Of a DNA stretch of 64,000 nucleotides, positions 28,801-38,058 are shown piece by piece. Position 1 is the first letter of the stretch; each line of letters starts with the position of its first letter. The DNA lies in contig VLTH01000002.1 in NCBI GenBank assembly GCA_008125075.1, positions 1,307,965 to 1,371,964 of the forward strand, given 5' to 3'. Both the position numbers and the translations under genes were made by a program. The stretch comes from Acetivibrio alkalicellulosi. Its GTDB lineage: Bacteria; Bacillota; Clostridia; Acetivibrionales; Acetivibrionaceae. Under the pieces are notes generated by a model. It had not been told where the DNA came from, did not search any database, and was given only the letters and a program-made list of their open reading frames with translations.

Positions 28801-30821
28801 GTTTTAAGTCTTGCTTTTCCTTGATTTAATTTTGAATATATAGAAGATATACTGTCAATAATTTCTGTTGTTTTTGTAGTATCTTCAATTTTAAAATTAG
28901 TAACTATATCAATTAAAAGCTCTAGTTCTGAAGATGTCTTTGACATCTCTTCTCCAAGTGCTTTTCCTTCCATTGTCTTTTCAATTTTACCAACTTTCTC
29001 ATTATGCAATTCAACCTGTTGTATATAAGGCTTAAGACCTTCTGGTGTTAAAAGAAAATCAACACACCTCTTAGAGAAATCTTCATTTTTTTGTTTAACC
29101 TTATCTTCTAAACTCTCAACTAAAGAAATATCTGTATACCTTAAATCTTTTAAAGATACAATTTCTCCACGAAGCATCCTTAAATTTGATAAAACACCTA
29201 CATACTCATCAACAGTACTAAGATTACCAAATTCAATTTCTTTTAAAAGGCTTAGAGCCTTTTCTTCTACATCATTAATTTGTTTTTGGGTAGCTTCTTT
29301 TATTCGTGTAACCTTTTCAAATTCAGCTACTGCTGATGCTGCTGTATCTCTTATATTTCCCATTACTGATTTTAAATCAAATGCTTCTTGTTCACTAATC
29401 CAAAAATATGAGTCTATAATGATATCTGATTCTTTAACAATATCAACATAAATCTCAGAATAACTCTCTCCTTTTAAAATCAAATTAAATACAACTTTGC
29501 AATCAGCCATAGCCCTTACAATATCTTTATTTCCAATTTTAAATAGTAGACAATCATTCTTTGTATGGGTAACATAATCCTTTCCCACATAAGGAGTTTG
29601 CCAAATTTGAATCATATGATTCCTTTGGGGCTCGGCTTCATGCCGAAAAACAATCATTTCTCCACTTGAAAAATGGGAGTACCCACTACATACAATAGGA
29701 GTATCAAGAGACTGTTCTATTAGATTATATGAATACACAAAGTATATTCCGCTTTCAGTATTATAGAAAATGTACTGATAATCCTCCCCATTTGGAGACT
29801 CTATTTTTTGATCAAAAATACAGTTATGGGCAGGTACATCAAATAATTTGTATTCTCCACTTTGTAAATAGTAACCCTTTGGAAAAATAAGACCGTGATC
29901 ATCAGGTAATAACATACAAACATCTTCTATTGCATCTATACGAACAACACTTTTAAGTTTGTCATTATAAATAAAGTATCTGTAGTTTTTTTCTTTATAT
30001 GGTCTGATTTTTAGCAAAACAATATGACCTAAAATAGCATAAAGTATTTCAGCATCATCTAATGTCTGATCCTTATTTTCAACTGGCTCGGAATATATCC
30101 CCTTTCCAATATCTGTGTTATCTTCAACTTTAATTGTCAAATCTCCTCGAAGAGTTTCAACAAACACCCTATCTTTAATTGAAACATGTGGATACTTTCC
30201 ACCCCTATGATCTTCTCTTCTTACCCTTACCCAATCAAAATCCTGGCGATTTGAAAACTTAACTTCTTGATCACTTCTGTTGTCAACGTATGCAAGTTTA
30301 TTGTCTTTTATAAGCCACTTAAATACTTTAGTGTCTATTGAACTTTTTCCTGTCTGAAATATCATATATAAATAAGGGCCTTGTATTGTAAACTTAGCAA
30401 AAAAGGTATTTTTATAATATTTGTACAATTCGTTAAAATCGTTTATAAACTGTTTATCTTCAATAAGTGAAAGGTTTAGTTTGTGAAATGATCTGTCTTT
30501 ATACTCATATATAGAAAAAACGTCCTCAATCTCAACCTTTGATTTAAGTCCCATATGAACATTATAACCAAATATAAACCAATTACCTATAGGAGCCATA
30601 TCTCTTGGGACACAGTTATTTTCAGTTATAATCCTTTCACTTCCTAAAATGGTGGTTTCAATAGCTCCAAAAACTTCTTTTCTCTTATCATTTAATCTAT
30701 CAAGTCGCTCTTTTAATTCGTTGCCATGCTTTAATAAACGACTTTTTATAACCTCATAGGTTCCATTTTCTAAACCACCATTTTTCTCATTATCTTGCCC
30801 CTTTGCTTTTATATCAACCAC
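25854..30821 (-). CDS. Giant (1655 aa) uncharacterised protein: N-terminal aromatic-rich beta-domain, long helical middle region, and a C-terminal MoxR/AAA_5-like AAA+ ATPase domain.
   Basis: GTG start with a GAGGTG RBS 8 nt upstream. Walker A reads LLLISPPGYGKTTL, Walker B IMIYVDDIQ, and sensor-1 VVMAGNPYTESG...SNRADV in the MoxR/AAA_5 style. A possible own promoter (TTGCAT, 17 nt, TATAAA) sits at about 30850-30880. Confidence 0.85.
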   Translation of the reverse strand: MVDIKAKGQDNEKNGGLENGTYEVIKSRLLKHGNELKERLDRLNDKRKEVFGAIETTILGSERIITENNCVPRDMAPIGNWFIFGYNVHMGLKSKVEIEDVFSIYEYKDRSFHKLNLSLIEDKQFINDFNELYKYYKNTFFAKFTIQGPYLYMIFQTGKSSIDTKVFKWLIKDNKLAYVDNRSDQEVKFSNRQDFDWVRVRREDHRGGKYPHVSIKDRVFVETLRGDLTIKVEDNTDIGKGIYSEPVENKDQTLDDAEILYAILGHIVLLKIRPYKEKNYRYFIYNDKLKSVVRIDAIEDVCMLLPDDHGLIFPKGYYLQSGEYKLFDVPAHNCIFDQKIESPNGEDYQYIFYNTESGIYFVYSYNLIEQSLDTPIVCSGYSHFSSGEMIVFRHEAEPQRNHMIQIWQTPYVGKDYVTHTKNDCLLFKIGNKDIVRAMADCKVVFNLILKGESYSEIYVDIVKESDIIIDSYFWISEQEAFDLKSVMGNIRDTAASAVAEFEKVTRIKEATQKQINDVEEKALSLLKEIEFGNLSTVDEYVGVLSNLRMLRGEIVSLKDLRYTDISLVESLEDKVKQKNEDFSKRCVDFLLTPEGLKPYIQQVELHNEKVGKIEKTMEGKALGEEMSKTSSELELLIDIVTNFKIEDTTKTTEIIDSISSIYSKLNQGKARLKTCMDDLLKTEGSAQFHSQMKLLNHAVVNYLDISDSVDKCDEYLNKVIVQIEELEGKFADFEEYIVDLTEKREELYNAFETKKQSILDRQNKKITALMSAADRLLKGIGNRLNSFNEIEEINGYFASDIMIEKVRDIASQLISLNDTVKSDEIQSRLKTVREDAIRQLKDKQELFVGGKNVVKFGNNLFSVNTKPLDLSMVKKDDGFYFHISGTDFWERVTSQEINKYRASWDQEVLSENKEVYRGEYLTYKIFEAENKNIESLQRYSDQELLEFIQKFMEPRYQESYTKGVHDMDCLIILKELIKLHVDIDLLIYSPSARAFAQLFWKRFASDEMKEKFEIRLKELSKVSLYFNRKPNLSDYLPLVKKSMEQSLCSMTFFEVGLISEASEYLCMELMRGNSFVISMEAHDLYFEFLDDLKDKNAYDLFTDSLKASVKDLEGLYYLIREWLMAFLVDREFDNVRGLVDEVAVMFILNGYDARNLIQTKTSLTIKDLSGSHPIIKNGEYILSYTEFMKKLQSFEKGAVPDYINFQELKKKLIQECKDELRMDEFKTGVLSSFVRSQLIDKVYLPLIGHNLAKQIGVAGENKRTDLMGMLLLISPPGYGKTTLMEYVANRLGITLIKINGPALGHEVTSLDPESAKNASAKEELRKLNLAFKMGNNIMIYVDDIQHCNPEFLQKFIPLCDGQRKIEGVYKGVGQSYDLRGKKVAVVMAGNPYTESGDKFQIPDMLSNRADVYNLGDMTRENNDAFILSFIENSLTSNPVLSKLSNRSRKDIYSLIEIAQGSHMEDMNFEGNYSIEEINEFTDVFKKLIKVRDVVLKINMEYIRSAAQADEYRTEPPFKLQGSYRNMNKIAEKIVAVMNDDEVNELVISAYENDSQTLTTGAEANMLKWKELVGCLNEEEKVRWEEIKVFFNKNKLVKGDDKVGQAVLMLENIKEVLAKGVEKKELENLVEIMTELKDMHSNGVQKFVERISQGKK

Positions 30822-30930
30822 AGCTTTTACACCTCATCTTTATATTTTAAGAAAGGCTAAGATGCAATAATTCTTTAAGCACTTAGCCAATATCACTATA
30901 TTTTATTATTACCTTTTAGATTTAATGATT

Positions 30931-30955
30931 TGCAGCAGGTTAATCACCTGCTGCA
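30931..30955 (-). other. 10-bp-stem hairpin (gcagcaggt/acctgctgc) immediately after the flotillin stop codon. It has no U-tract, so it may be an attenuator, a processing site or a partial terminator.
   Basis: Inverted repeat seen directly in the 143-bp gap between floT and the ATPase gene. Confidence 0.4.
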
Positions 30956-30964
30956 TCCATTAGT

Positions 30965-33037
30965 TTAATTTTGAATTCTTTTAATTTTCTCAGCTGGTTC
31001 ATTACCAAATCCAGCTTTTTCAACTGCATCTAAAAGCCTTGTTAATAATGGCTTTTCTGTTGTGTTTGCATTGCTCATCATTTTATGAATAGCTCCAGAT
31101 ATTGTTAAATTCTTTAAGTCTTCTGAAGTCAAATTAAATCTAGATGTAAAGTTTTCTAGTTGATTCTTAAAATAGTCAGCATCGCCAGTAATAAATGTAT
31201 TTTTTACATCTTGTAACACTTCACTGCTTCCTACCATACGATCAAAAGACTTTCCTCTTGTAACAGACTCAACAATTTTATCAAAGAACATTGTCTCACC
31301 ACCAACAATATCGATTGATGCAGATTTAAGTGCCTGGCTAATAACCTCTGCTTGAGCTTTTGCAATTTCTCTTTGAATATTGATACTTGCAAGTTCAATT
31401 TCTTTTTCTTTTTCAAGTCTAAGCTTAAATTCTTCATGTCCTCTTCCTGCTTCATCAAGTGCCTTCATACTATTAGCCTTCTGAGCAATACCTTCTGCTT
31501 CTGCTCTATATTTTTTAGCAAGAATTTCTGCTTCAACAGTTCCTTCTTTTTCTTTAACCAATACTTTTGCTTCCTGGCCTTTAGCTTCAGCTTCAGCAGT
31601 AGCTTGAAGAATTTTAGCCTTAGCCTCTCCTTCTTTTTCAAAAGCAACAGCTTTAGCTTCAATAATACGAGCTTCTGCAAGTCCTGTCTTAGCTTCTTGT
31701 AAAACTTCTGCATCAGCTATCAATTTAATTGCATCAGCTTCTTTTTGTGATGCCTTAAGTTTTGCTTCTGCCTCAATAATCTTTTGTTCAGCCATTCTTT
31801 CTGAAGCTTGTTTAGAAGCTTCTGCAGACTTTACTTCTACAATTAGTTTTTTCTCTGCTTCTTCTTCCGCCTGTTTTATAGATACAGTTTTCAAACGTTC
31901 AGCTTCTGCTATAGCTTTAGTGTCTTTAATCTTTTCTTCTTCTATAACAACATCTTTTTCAACTGCAACTCTTTCTCGAATAACAGTCTGAATATTTTTC
32001 TTTTCTTCTTCTAAAGATTTTTGTTTTTCAATCTCAGCTAATTCTACAAGTTTTTCTTTCTCAGTTTTTTCCAAAAGACGCTTTTTGTCAACACGTTCAG
32101 TTTCAATAGCATCTGTACTTTCTTTTGATTTTTGTGCAACAATAATTTGTCTTTGTTTATTTTCTTCTGCAATTAAAAGCTCTTCATCTGCTTTTATTTT
32201 AGCCATTCCAGCCTTTAGTCTCTCTTCTTCAGCTACTTTATCAGCTTCAGCCTTTTCTCTTGATTTAATAATTGAAACTTCTCTTTGTTGACGAGCTTCT
32301 GCTTCTTCGTTTTGCTTTTGCAACTCTAAGATAGCCTCTCTTGCAGTTACATCTTGCTGTTTAATTGTCTTTTCTTTTTCTCTTTCTATTTGATTTGCAA
32401 GTACCAACTGATTTGAGGTTAACTCTGTAATCTTTTTAATACCTTCTGCATCAAGAATATTATTACTATTTAGCTTTGCCAAATCTGTCTGTTCAAGATA
32501 ATCTATAGCAGCATCATCTAATACATGCCCATTAAGATCAGTTCCTATAATTTGTAGTATTTCATTTTTAAAAGTTTCCCTCTCTGTATAAAGCTGAACA
32601 AAATCAAACTTCTTACCTACAGTCTTTAACGCTTCAGAAAACTTTGCATCATATATCTCCATAAGAGTTCCTTTATCAGAAGCCTTTTGACAGCCTAATG
32701 ACTGTGCAACTTTTAAAACAGCTTCTTTAGTTTGATTAACTCTTATAAAAAAGGCCACTCTTATATCTGCTCTAAGGTTATCCTTACAAATAAGACCATC
32801 CTTACCTTCTCTATTAATCTCAACTCTTTTTACCGATATATCCATTATTTCTGCATGATGAAGTATAGGAACAACAACCATTCCACCAAAGGATACTGTT
32901 GGTCCACCAACACCATTTCTTACAATTGCCTTCCCTTGTTCAACCTTTCGATAAAACCTAGTAAACATAGCTAGTATACCAAAAAATAGTATTATACCAG
33001 CTACAATAACTACAGCTATAACTTGCGCAGTACTCAT
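30965..33037 (-). CDS. floT: Flotillin-family SPFH/band-7 protein (FloT/YuaG-like) with an N-terminal transmembrane helix and a long Ala/Glu/Lys-rich coiled coil.
   Basis: 690 aa. The SPFH domain follows the transmembrane helix, and an extended EAxxK coiled coil follows that. Its ATG overlaps the stop of the upstream NfeD-like gene (TGAATG). Confidence 0.88.
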   Translation of the reverse strand: MSTAQVIAVVIVAGIILFFGILAMFTRFYRKVEQGKAIVRNGVGGPTVSFGGMVVVPILHHAEIMDISVKRVEINREGKDGLICKDNLRADIRVAFFIRVNQTKEAVLKVAQSLGCQKASDKGTLMEIYDAKFSEALKTVGKKFDFVQLYTERETFKNEILQIIGTDLNGHVLDDAAIDYLEQTDLAKLNSNNILDAEGIKKITELTSNQLVLANQIEREKEKTIKQQDVTAREAILELQKQNEEAEARQQREVSIIKSREKAEADKVAEEERLKAGMAKIKADEELLIAEENKQRQIIVAQKSKESTDAIETERVDKKRLLEKTEKEKLVELAEIEKQKSLEEEKKNIQTVIRERVAVEKDVVIEEEKIKDTKAIAEAERLKTVSIKQAEEEAEKKLIVEVKSAEASKQASERMAEQKIIEAEAKLKASQKEADAIKLIADAEVLQEAKTGLAEARIIEAKAVAFEKEGEAKAKILQATAEAEAKGQEAKVLVKEKEGTVEAEILAKKYRAEAEGIAQKANSMKALDEAGRGHEEFKLRLEKEKEIELASINIQREIAKAQAEVISQALKSASIDIVGGETMFFDKIVESVTRGKSFDRMVGSSEVLQDVKNTFITGDADYFKNQLENFTSRFNLTSEDLKNLTISGAIHKMMSNANTTEKPLLTRLLDAVEKAGFGNEPAEKIKRIQN

Positions 33038-33038
33038 T

Positions 33039-33665
33039 TCACTCTACCCCCTTGAATTTTTTAACATAATAAAAATCTTTCTCAGTATCTTTACAAATAA
33101 CTAAAACTTTATCACCCTTTTTAAGGCTCTCGCCTTCCTCAACTTTTACATTGATTCTAAAAGGTGCACCTTCTCTTTCTACTTCTGCCTGCCCTAATCT
33201 TACATTATCTACGTCACATAACAAACTACAAAGCATTCCCTCGACTTTTTCATGAGCACTATTATCCTTATACATTTGTCTAAACAGACCTTTTAATGGG
33301 GTTGTTATTACTTTTGTAATAAGGACACTTAAGATAAAAGCAGGAATCAATAAAAGACCTCTAGATAGTTCTCCGAACTCAGGCGTCATCATATAAGTTA
33401 TCATTGACACTGCCCAAAAAACAAGATTTATAACACTTAAAACAAGCATAAGAGGAAGATCTGCTAGATTAATAAATGTGAGAATGCCATGAAAAGGACC
33501 AGAAATAGGACCAGCATCTGATACATCCGTATCAACATCCACATCAAGAAAATCAATATCAACAACACCTATTATAACAGTCAACCAATAAAAAATAGTC
33601 AATCCCAACAAAGTAGTTGGTATGATGTTCACACCTGTTACAATTGTTTTAAAAAATTCCAACAT
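33039..33665 (-). CDS. nfeD: Short-form NfeD-like membrane protein (YuaF-like; transmembrane helices plus a C-terminal OB-fold beta-barrel), the usual operon partner of flotillin.
   Basis: Start taken at the second ATG (AGGGGAG, 6 nt, ATG); the first ATG at 33692 has no RBS. There are three or four transmembrane helices. The C-terminal segment VEREGAPFRINVKVEEGESLKKGDKVLV is typical of the NfeD OB-fold. Confidence 0.8.
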   Translation of the reverse strand: MLEFFKTIVTGVNIIPTTLLGLTIFYWLTVIIGVVDIDFLDVDVDTDVSDAGPISGPFHGILTFINLADLPLMLVLSVINLVFWAVSMITYMMTPEFGELSRGLLLIPAFILSVLITKVITTPLKGLFRQMYKDNSAHEKVEGMLCSLLCDVDNVRLGQAEVEREGAPFRINVKVEEGESLKKGDKVLVICKDTEKDFYYVKKFKGVE

Positions 33666-34017
33666 AATTATCTCCCCTGTTTCTAACCTCATTTTAGTAT
33701 ATACTATTTTTTCTTATAAAAGTATTAAAACATAAAACTATATTTAATAAAAAAACAGTATATATCATCAAAGCTTCATTAATAGAAATCTTTAATTATT
33801 CTCTGCAATTGAATACAGCAAATCACTTATTGGATATTCAATATTTTTAGGTAGTGCTTCATAAAAACCAAACAAACAACAATGGATCAAGTGTCATTTG
33901 ATTTAAGGCATCCTTTTTGAAATGACTTAGTTTTAGTGTAACACATTAAAAAAAATATATCTCAATTTACTTGATTTGTCAATACTTTTTGATAATTTTA
34001 CATTAGTTTTAATAAAA

Positions 34018-34335
34018 TTAAATTACCTCTGTAATAAAAATCATTTCATTTGTAATGTCAATATTAACTTGTTTTTTAAGTTTTTTATCATCAACATTCC
34101 ATACACATTGACACACATAAATACCTTTACTCACTTCTTCTAGTTTTTCTAGTTCAAACACTTCATTAAATCCTTTTTTCATTAAAGACTCCATTATTTC
34201 TGAGGAGTTTTTAAAAAAAGAATATTCGATATATTCGGATATTTTACTAAGATATTCTACCAGTTCATTTGATTTCATATAAACTCTCCTTTCTAGAATT
34301 ATTACAGATTTGCATTTTAGTTGTATTATTAGCAA
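34018..34335 (-). CDS. Hypothetical small protein (105 aa; it may start at the internal Met, giving 86 aa).
   Basis: ORF only. No recognisable motif. Coding-like codon usage. Confidence 0.35.
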   Translation of the reverse strand: MLIIQLKCKSVIILERRVYMKSNELVEYLSKISEYIEYSFFKNSSEIMESLMKKGFNEVFELEKLEEVSKGIYVCQCVWNVDDKKLKKQVNIDITNEMIFITEVI

Positions 34336-34644
34336 ATTACCATACTTATTAAGTAACAGCTTGGTGGATTGAGTCTAGGTCTTTTTAAGTCTTTCAAGAC
34401 TTCTAATATTACAATATAAACTAAGTTTATATTGCATAATATATTAATCGGTATTTTTATTTAGATTATTTAGGTTAGTATTTAAAATCCCCTTCACTTC
34501 TTTAAAACCTAACAATAATACAACTAAACTTTAAACTTTTTGTAGATATTTAATATAAAAATAAAAAATATTAATATTTCTTAGACTTTTTTTGATTTAT
34601 ATCGTATAATTAATTAAGAACATTAATTCAAGGAGTGATTTTAA

Positions 34645-34815
34645 ATGAATGATGGATTGATAAAAAATATTTTATACTTAATAGTTATAGTTGTGTTGGT
34701 AGTTTTTGCAGTAAGGGTGCTTATGTGGGCACTTAGTATAGTATTGCCAATTGCCATTGTAATAATTGCCGTGTACATTGTTTACAGAGTTATTACTGGT
34801 AGAAAAGGGTTTTAG
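34645..34815 (+). CDS. Small (56 aa) hydrophobic two-helix membrane protein. Not in the ORF track because it is shorter than 60 aa.
   Basis: AAGGAGTG RBS 6 nt upstream of the ATG at 34645. Translation: MNDGLIKNILYLIVIVVLVVFAVRVLMWALSIVLPIAIVIIAVYIVYRVITGRKGF, which shows two hydrophobic helices and a basic C-terminus. Confidence 0.5.
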   Translation: MNDGLIKNILYLIVIVVLVVFAVRVLMWALSIVLPIAIVIIAVYIVYRVITGRKGF

Positions 34816-34887
34816 AATAATATAAGCTTATAGAAATAGTAAGAAACAGCTTTTAATACAAAGCCTTTTCTTACTATGCTTTAAGCT

Positions 34888-35454
34888 TTAGAGTATTTTC
34901 TTAATACACTCCCATAGAACATCACACAATTGTGGTGAATCAAAGTCACTTCCAAATCCACTAAGATTATAATTATTACTTCCTGCTTCAAATCCTATTT
35001 CTCCACTATCTACCAACATGTAAAAGTCAACGGATTTAGAACTGTTCTTAGCTAAAATCTCAATCATTTGACCAATAGATAAAAGTGGTACACAATCTAT
35101 TTTGCTAAAATCCACTGGACGTTGGTAGGAAAAATCAAACTCCTCTTCCATAACATCTTCAAATAGTTCCTCATCATCATTAACTTCAATTTCCTCATCT
35201 AGTTCATCATCGCCTTCACAGCATTTATCAGCAGTATCAGGCAAATATCTTAAATCATATACTCTTAAACGATTATTAAGCACTCTTATGTCACCTATAA
35301 CAAATTCAATTTCATCGTATTCCTCTTCTTCAGCATCTTTACATATATAAGCAACTGCAACATCATATTTTTGTGGAAGCCAAAGTTCATTTAAACGTAG
35401 TTTTTGACTTTCATTTAGTTTTGAAACGTCTTCTTTTGCTATATGATTTTTCAT
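34888..35454 (-). CDS. Highly acidic hypothetical protein (188 aa, Asp/Glu-rich, with a CC pair).
   Basis: ORF with an AAAGGGTAAGGTGA RBS. No recognisable domain. Its own promoter region follows the PilM terminator. Confidence 0.5.
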   Translation of the reverse strand: MKNHIAKEDVSKLNESQKLRLNELWLPQKYDVAVAYICKDAEEEEYDEIEFVIGDIRVLNNRLRVYDLRYLPDTADKCCEGDDELDEEIEVNDDEELFEDVMEEEFDFSYQRPVDFSKIDCVPLLSIGQMIEILAKNSSKSVDFYMLVDSGEIGFEAGSNNYNLSGFGSDFDSPQLCDVLWECIKKIL

Positions 35455-35535
35455 AATTTATCACCTTACCCTTTAGTTAATTAGTATAATAAAGGTAGCA
35501 CTTAATTCATTCACAACCTTCTGCAAAGCATAAAA

Positions 35536-35575
35536 TTAAAAGCACTTTATTATTACTACAAAAGTGCTTTTAGAA
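35536..35575 (-). terminator. Rho-independent terminator after the PilM-like gene.
   Basis: Hairpin aaagcacttt...aaagtgcttt followed by a T-run on the minus strand. Confidence 0.6.
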
Positions 35576-35583
35576 CTTAAATA

Positions 35584-36690
35584 CTATAGAGAAATACCAA
35601 CTGAATTTATTAAATAATTAAGTTTTTCTCTATCAAGATTTTTCCTAAGCTCAACGCCTTTAAGGCTAAGTAAACCTACCGGATAAACCGGAACATTAAA
35701 TATTGAAAACAAATACTGGTCTAATCCATTTAGTTGAGATCCTCCACCAATTATAAAAATTTTAGAAATCTGTGACCCATAACAACGTTCAATATAAAAC
35801 TCAAAACACTTAACGATCTGAGTAACTAATCTTTCTATGAAGGTATTTACTTTGCCATACGCAATAACATGCTCTCTCTTAGAAAGACTATTTGGCGGAT
35901 TCATCCCATACATTTTCTTGATTCTTTCAGCTTCTTGCAAAGTTATGCTCATCTCATTAGAAATATGGTTATCGATATTTGAACTACCTGATAATATAAC
36001 TTTGTTAAACTCTAGTACCCTGTCTTTTAAAAAGTTAACAATAGTTGTCTCAGAACCAAAATCCAACACAGCATAAGTATCACTTTGAACATTTTTATGC
36101 TTTCTTTTAGAATAATACTCATCCATATCTTTAGTGTATATATCCCTATTAAAAAACTTTGCTGTGCTGTTTGCCGGGATATCAACTGCTAATGGTTTTA
36201 AATCAAGACCTTGCAAAACCTCGATATAGCTTTCTAATATTTTTCTTGGAACTGCAGTAACAAAAACTTTATACTTTTCTTGATTTTTGTCTCTAACAGT
36301 TGTAAGAAGCTTATAGTCCACCCTGTAGTTGTCAATATCAACAGGAAGAAAATTTGGCATACTGTTTTTTATAGTAAAGTCTTCACTCTCGCCTTCCGCT
36401 TTATCAATCATATATATCCTGGTAATAATATTTGTACCCGACATAATAATTTTAGCGTTTTTAGCTTTCATACCTTCTTCTTTGATAACGGTTTTTATAA
36501 CTCTTAATACTCTCTCAACATCATATATTGCACCATTCTTAATACAATCTTCAGGAGTTGCAACTATTCCGTAGTTTTCAATAAATATATTATTGTTTTT
36601 CTTTACTGAAACTTCAACTACCTTAATGTTTCGATACCCTACATCAATGCATACCATAGATGTTTTTCTCATAAATAAATCCAAAAACAT
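35584..36690 (-). CDS. pilM: PilM-like actin-fold ATPase-family protein (type IV pilus assembly PilM / FtsA-like). It is an orphan: no pilN/O/P/Q or pilin genes lie next to it.
   Basis: 368 aa. GAGGGGGA RBS. The N-terminal MVCIDVGYRNIKVVEV and C-terminal IFIIGGGSQLNGLDQYL fit the PilM/FtsA actin-like fold. It appears to be monocistronic. Confidence 0.7.
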   Translation of the reverse strand: MFLDLFMRKTSMVCIDVGYRNIKVVEVSVKKNNNIFIENYGIVATPEDCIKNGAIYDVERVLRVIKTVIKEEGMKAKNAKIIMSGTNIITRIYMIDKAEGESEDFTIKNSMPNFLPVDIDNYRVDYKLLTTVRDKNQEKYKVFVTAVPRKILESYIEVLQGLDLKPLAVDIPANSTAKFFNRDIYTKDMDEYYSKRKHKNVQSDTYAVLDFGSETTIVNFLKDRVLEFNKVILSGSSNIDNHISNEMSITLQEAERIKKMYGMNPPNSLSKREHVIAYGKVNTFIERLVTQIVKCFEFYIERCYGSQISKIFIIGGGSQLNGLDQYLFSIFNVPVYPVGLLSLKGVELRKNLDREKLNYLINSVGISL

Positions 36691-36894
36691 TTACATATCC
36701 CCCTCTAAAGTGCAGAACACTTATGTTAAACACATAAACACTATATATTATACGATATATTAACTCAGGGCACAACATATTTGTTATATAAAATAAAAAT
36801 TTATATAATAAAGATATGCCTTTTTACAATAAACTTGTATACTTTTTTTATTATAGCACATTATTTATTATAATTCCAGCATATTTACATCACT

Positions 36895-38058
36895 TTACTT
36901 AAATAAACACTTATTAATATTTTCGGATATTTCCCTAATTGAATTTAGTAGTATTTCAATTTCTTTTTCCGTATTAAAAAATCCAACACTTATTCTTACT
37001 GCTCCTGTTTTTATTGTTTTTAGAGTTTCATGAGAAAGAGGAGAACAATGGAGACCCGAACGGCAAGCTATATTATAGACTTTATCAAATATATAACTTA
37101 TTTCACTTGATAAAATGCCATTAAAATTAAATGCAACAATTCCTGAATTTTTTGTTTTTTCTACTCTACTATAAACGTTAACATTTTTAAGTTGTATTAT
37201 TCCCTCATATATCTTCTTTATAAGTTTGTGTTTTTGTTTATTTATTTCTTCAATGCCCACGCTGTTAATAAACTCTATTCCACATGCCAATCCAACTATT
37301 CCCGGTGTATTTAATGTTCCACTTTCATGTACGTCAGGATATATCTCAGGCTGAGCAAAGCTTTCCGAGTTACTACCAGTACCACCTGTCATAATTGGAC
37401 ATACTTTAATCCCTTCCCTTATATAAAGCCCACCTGTGCCTTGAGGACCTAATAGTCCTTTATGCCCTGGAAAAGCTAACATATCAACATTTAATTCATT
37501 TACGTCAATTTTAAAAGATCCAGCTCCTTGAGAACCATCAATTAAATACAAAATCCCTTTATTATGTGCAATAGTACCGATTTCTTTTACAGGCATTATT
37601 ATGCCATTTACATTGGATGACAAAGTGCTTACTATGAGTTTTGTATTTTTTTTAATTGCCTTTTTTATGTCTTCTGCATCAATCTCTCCAAATTCATTTC
37701 CCTTAATAATTGATACTTCAACATTATTTGCTTTTTCCATTAGTTTTAAGGGTCTTATTACAGAGTTATGCTCCATACACGTTGTAACAACATGATCTCC
37801 TGGTTTTAGTACTCCCGTAATAGCAATGTTTATAGCTTCAGTAGCATTTTTAGTAAATACAATATTCATTGGATTTTTTATATTAAAAAAACTGGAAATA
37901 ATTTGCCTGGCATTCAATATGGCTCTTCCTGATTCAAGAGACATTTTATGACTTCCTCTACCTGGGTTTGCACAGTAATATTTCATGCACCTTAACATCT
38001 CCTCTAAAACCTTATCAGGCTTTGGATATGAAGTTGCAGCATTGTCAAGATAAATCAT
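36895..38058 (-). CDS. Cysteine desulfurase / class-V aminotransferase-fold PLP enzyme (NifS/IscS/Csd-like).
   Basis: Start placed at the ATG at 38058 (GAGGTG, 6 nt, ATG); the track extends to a GTG at 38067. The sequence has the class-V fold character and the motifs HKGLLGPQG and SGLHC near the C-terminus. Confidence 0.85.
   Translation of the reverse strand: MIYLDNAATSYPKPDKVLEEMLRCMKYYCANPGRGSHKMSLESGRAILNARQIISSFFNIKNPMNIVFTKNATEAINIAITGVLKPGDHVVTTCMEHNSVIRPLKLMEKANNVEVSIIKGNEFGEIDAEDIKKAIKKNTKLIVSTLSSNVNGIIMPVKEIGTIAHNKGILYLIDGSQGAGSFKIDVNELNVDMLAFPGHKGLLGPQGTGGLYIREGIKVCPIMTGGTGSNSESFAQPEIYPDVHESGTLNTPGIVGLACGIEFINSVGIEEINKQKHKLIKKIYEGIIQLKNVNVYSRVEKTKNSGIVAFNFNGILSSEISYIFDKVYNIACRSGLHCSPLSHETLKTIKTGAVRISVGFFNTEKEIEILLNSIREISENINKCLFK

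Noticed and set aside
31231-31713. Lys-rich and Phe/Ser-rich ORFs inside and antisense to the flotillin gene.
   Set aside because: These are frame-shifted or antisense readings of the GAA/AAG-rich coiled-coil-coding DNA. The flotillin frame is the only one with domain logic.
25854-33692. The flotillin/ATPase region considered as a prophage or an established anti-phage defence island.
   Set aside because: It has no integrase, terminase, capsid, restriction-modification or recognised defence signatures (for example Cas, nucleases or methyltransferases). A defence role for the giant ATPase is only a speculation, noted in the findings.
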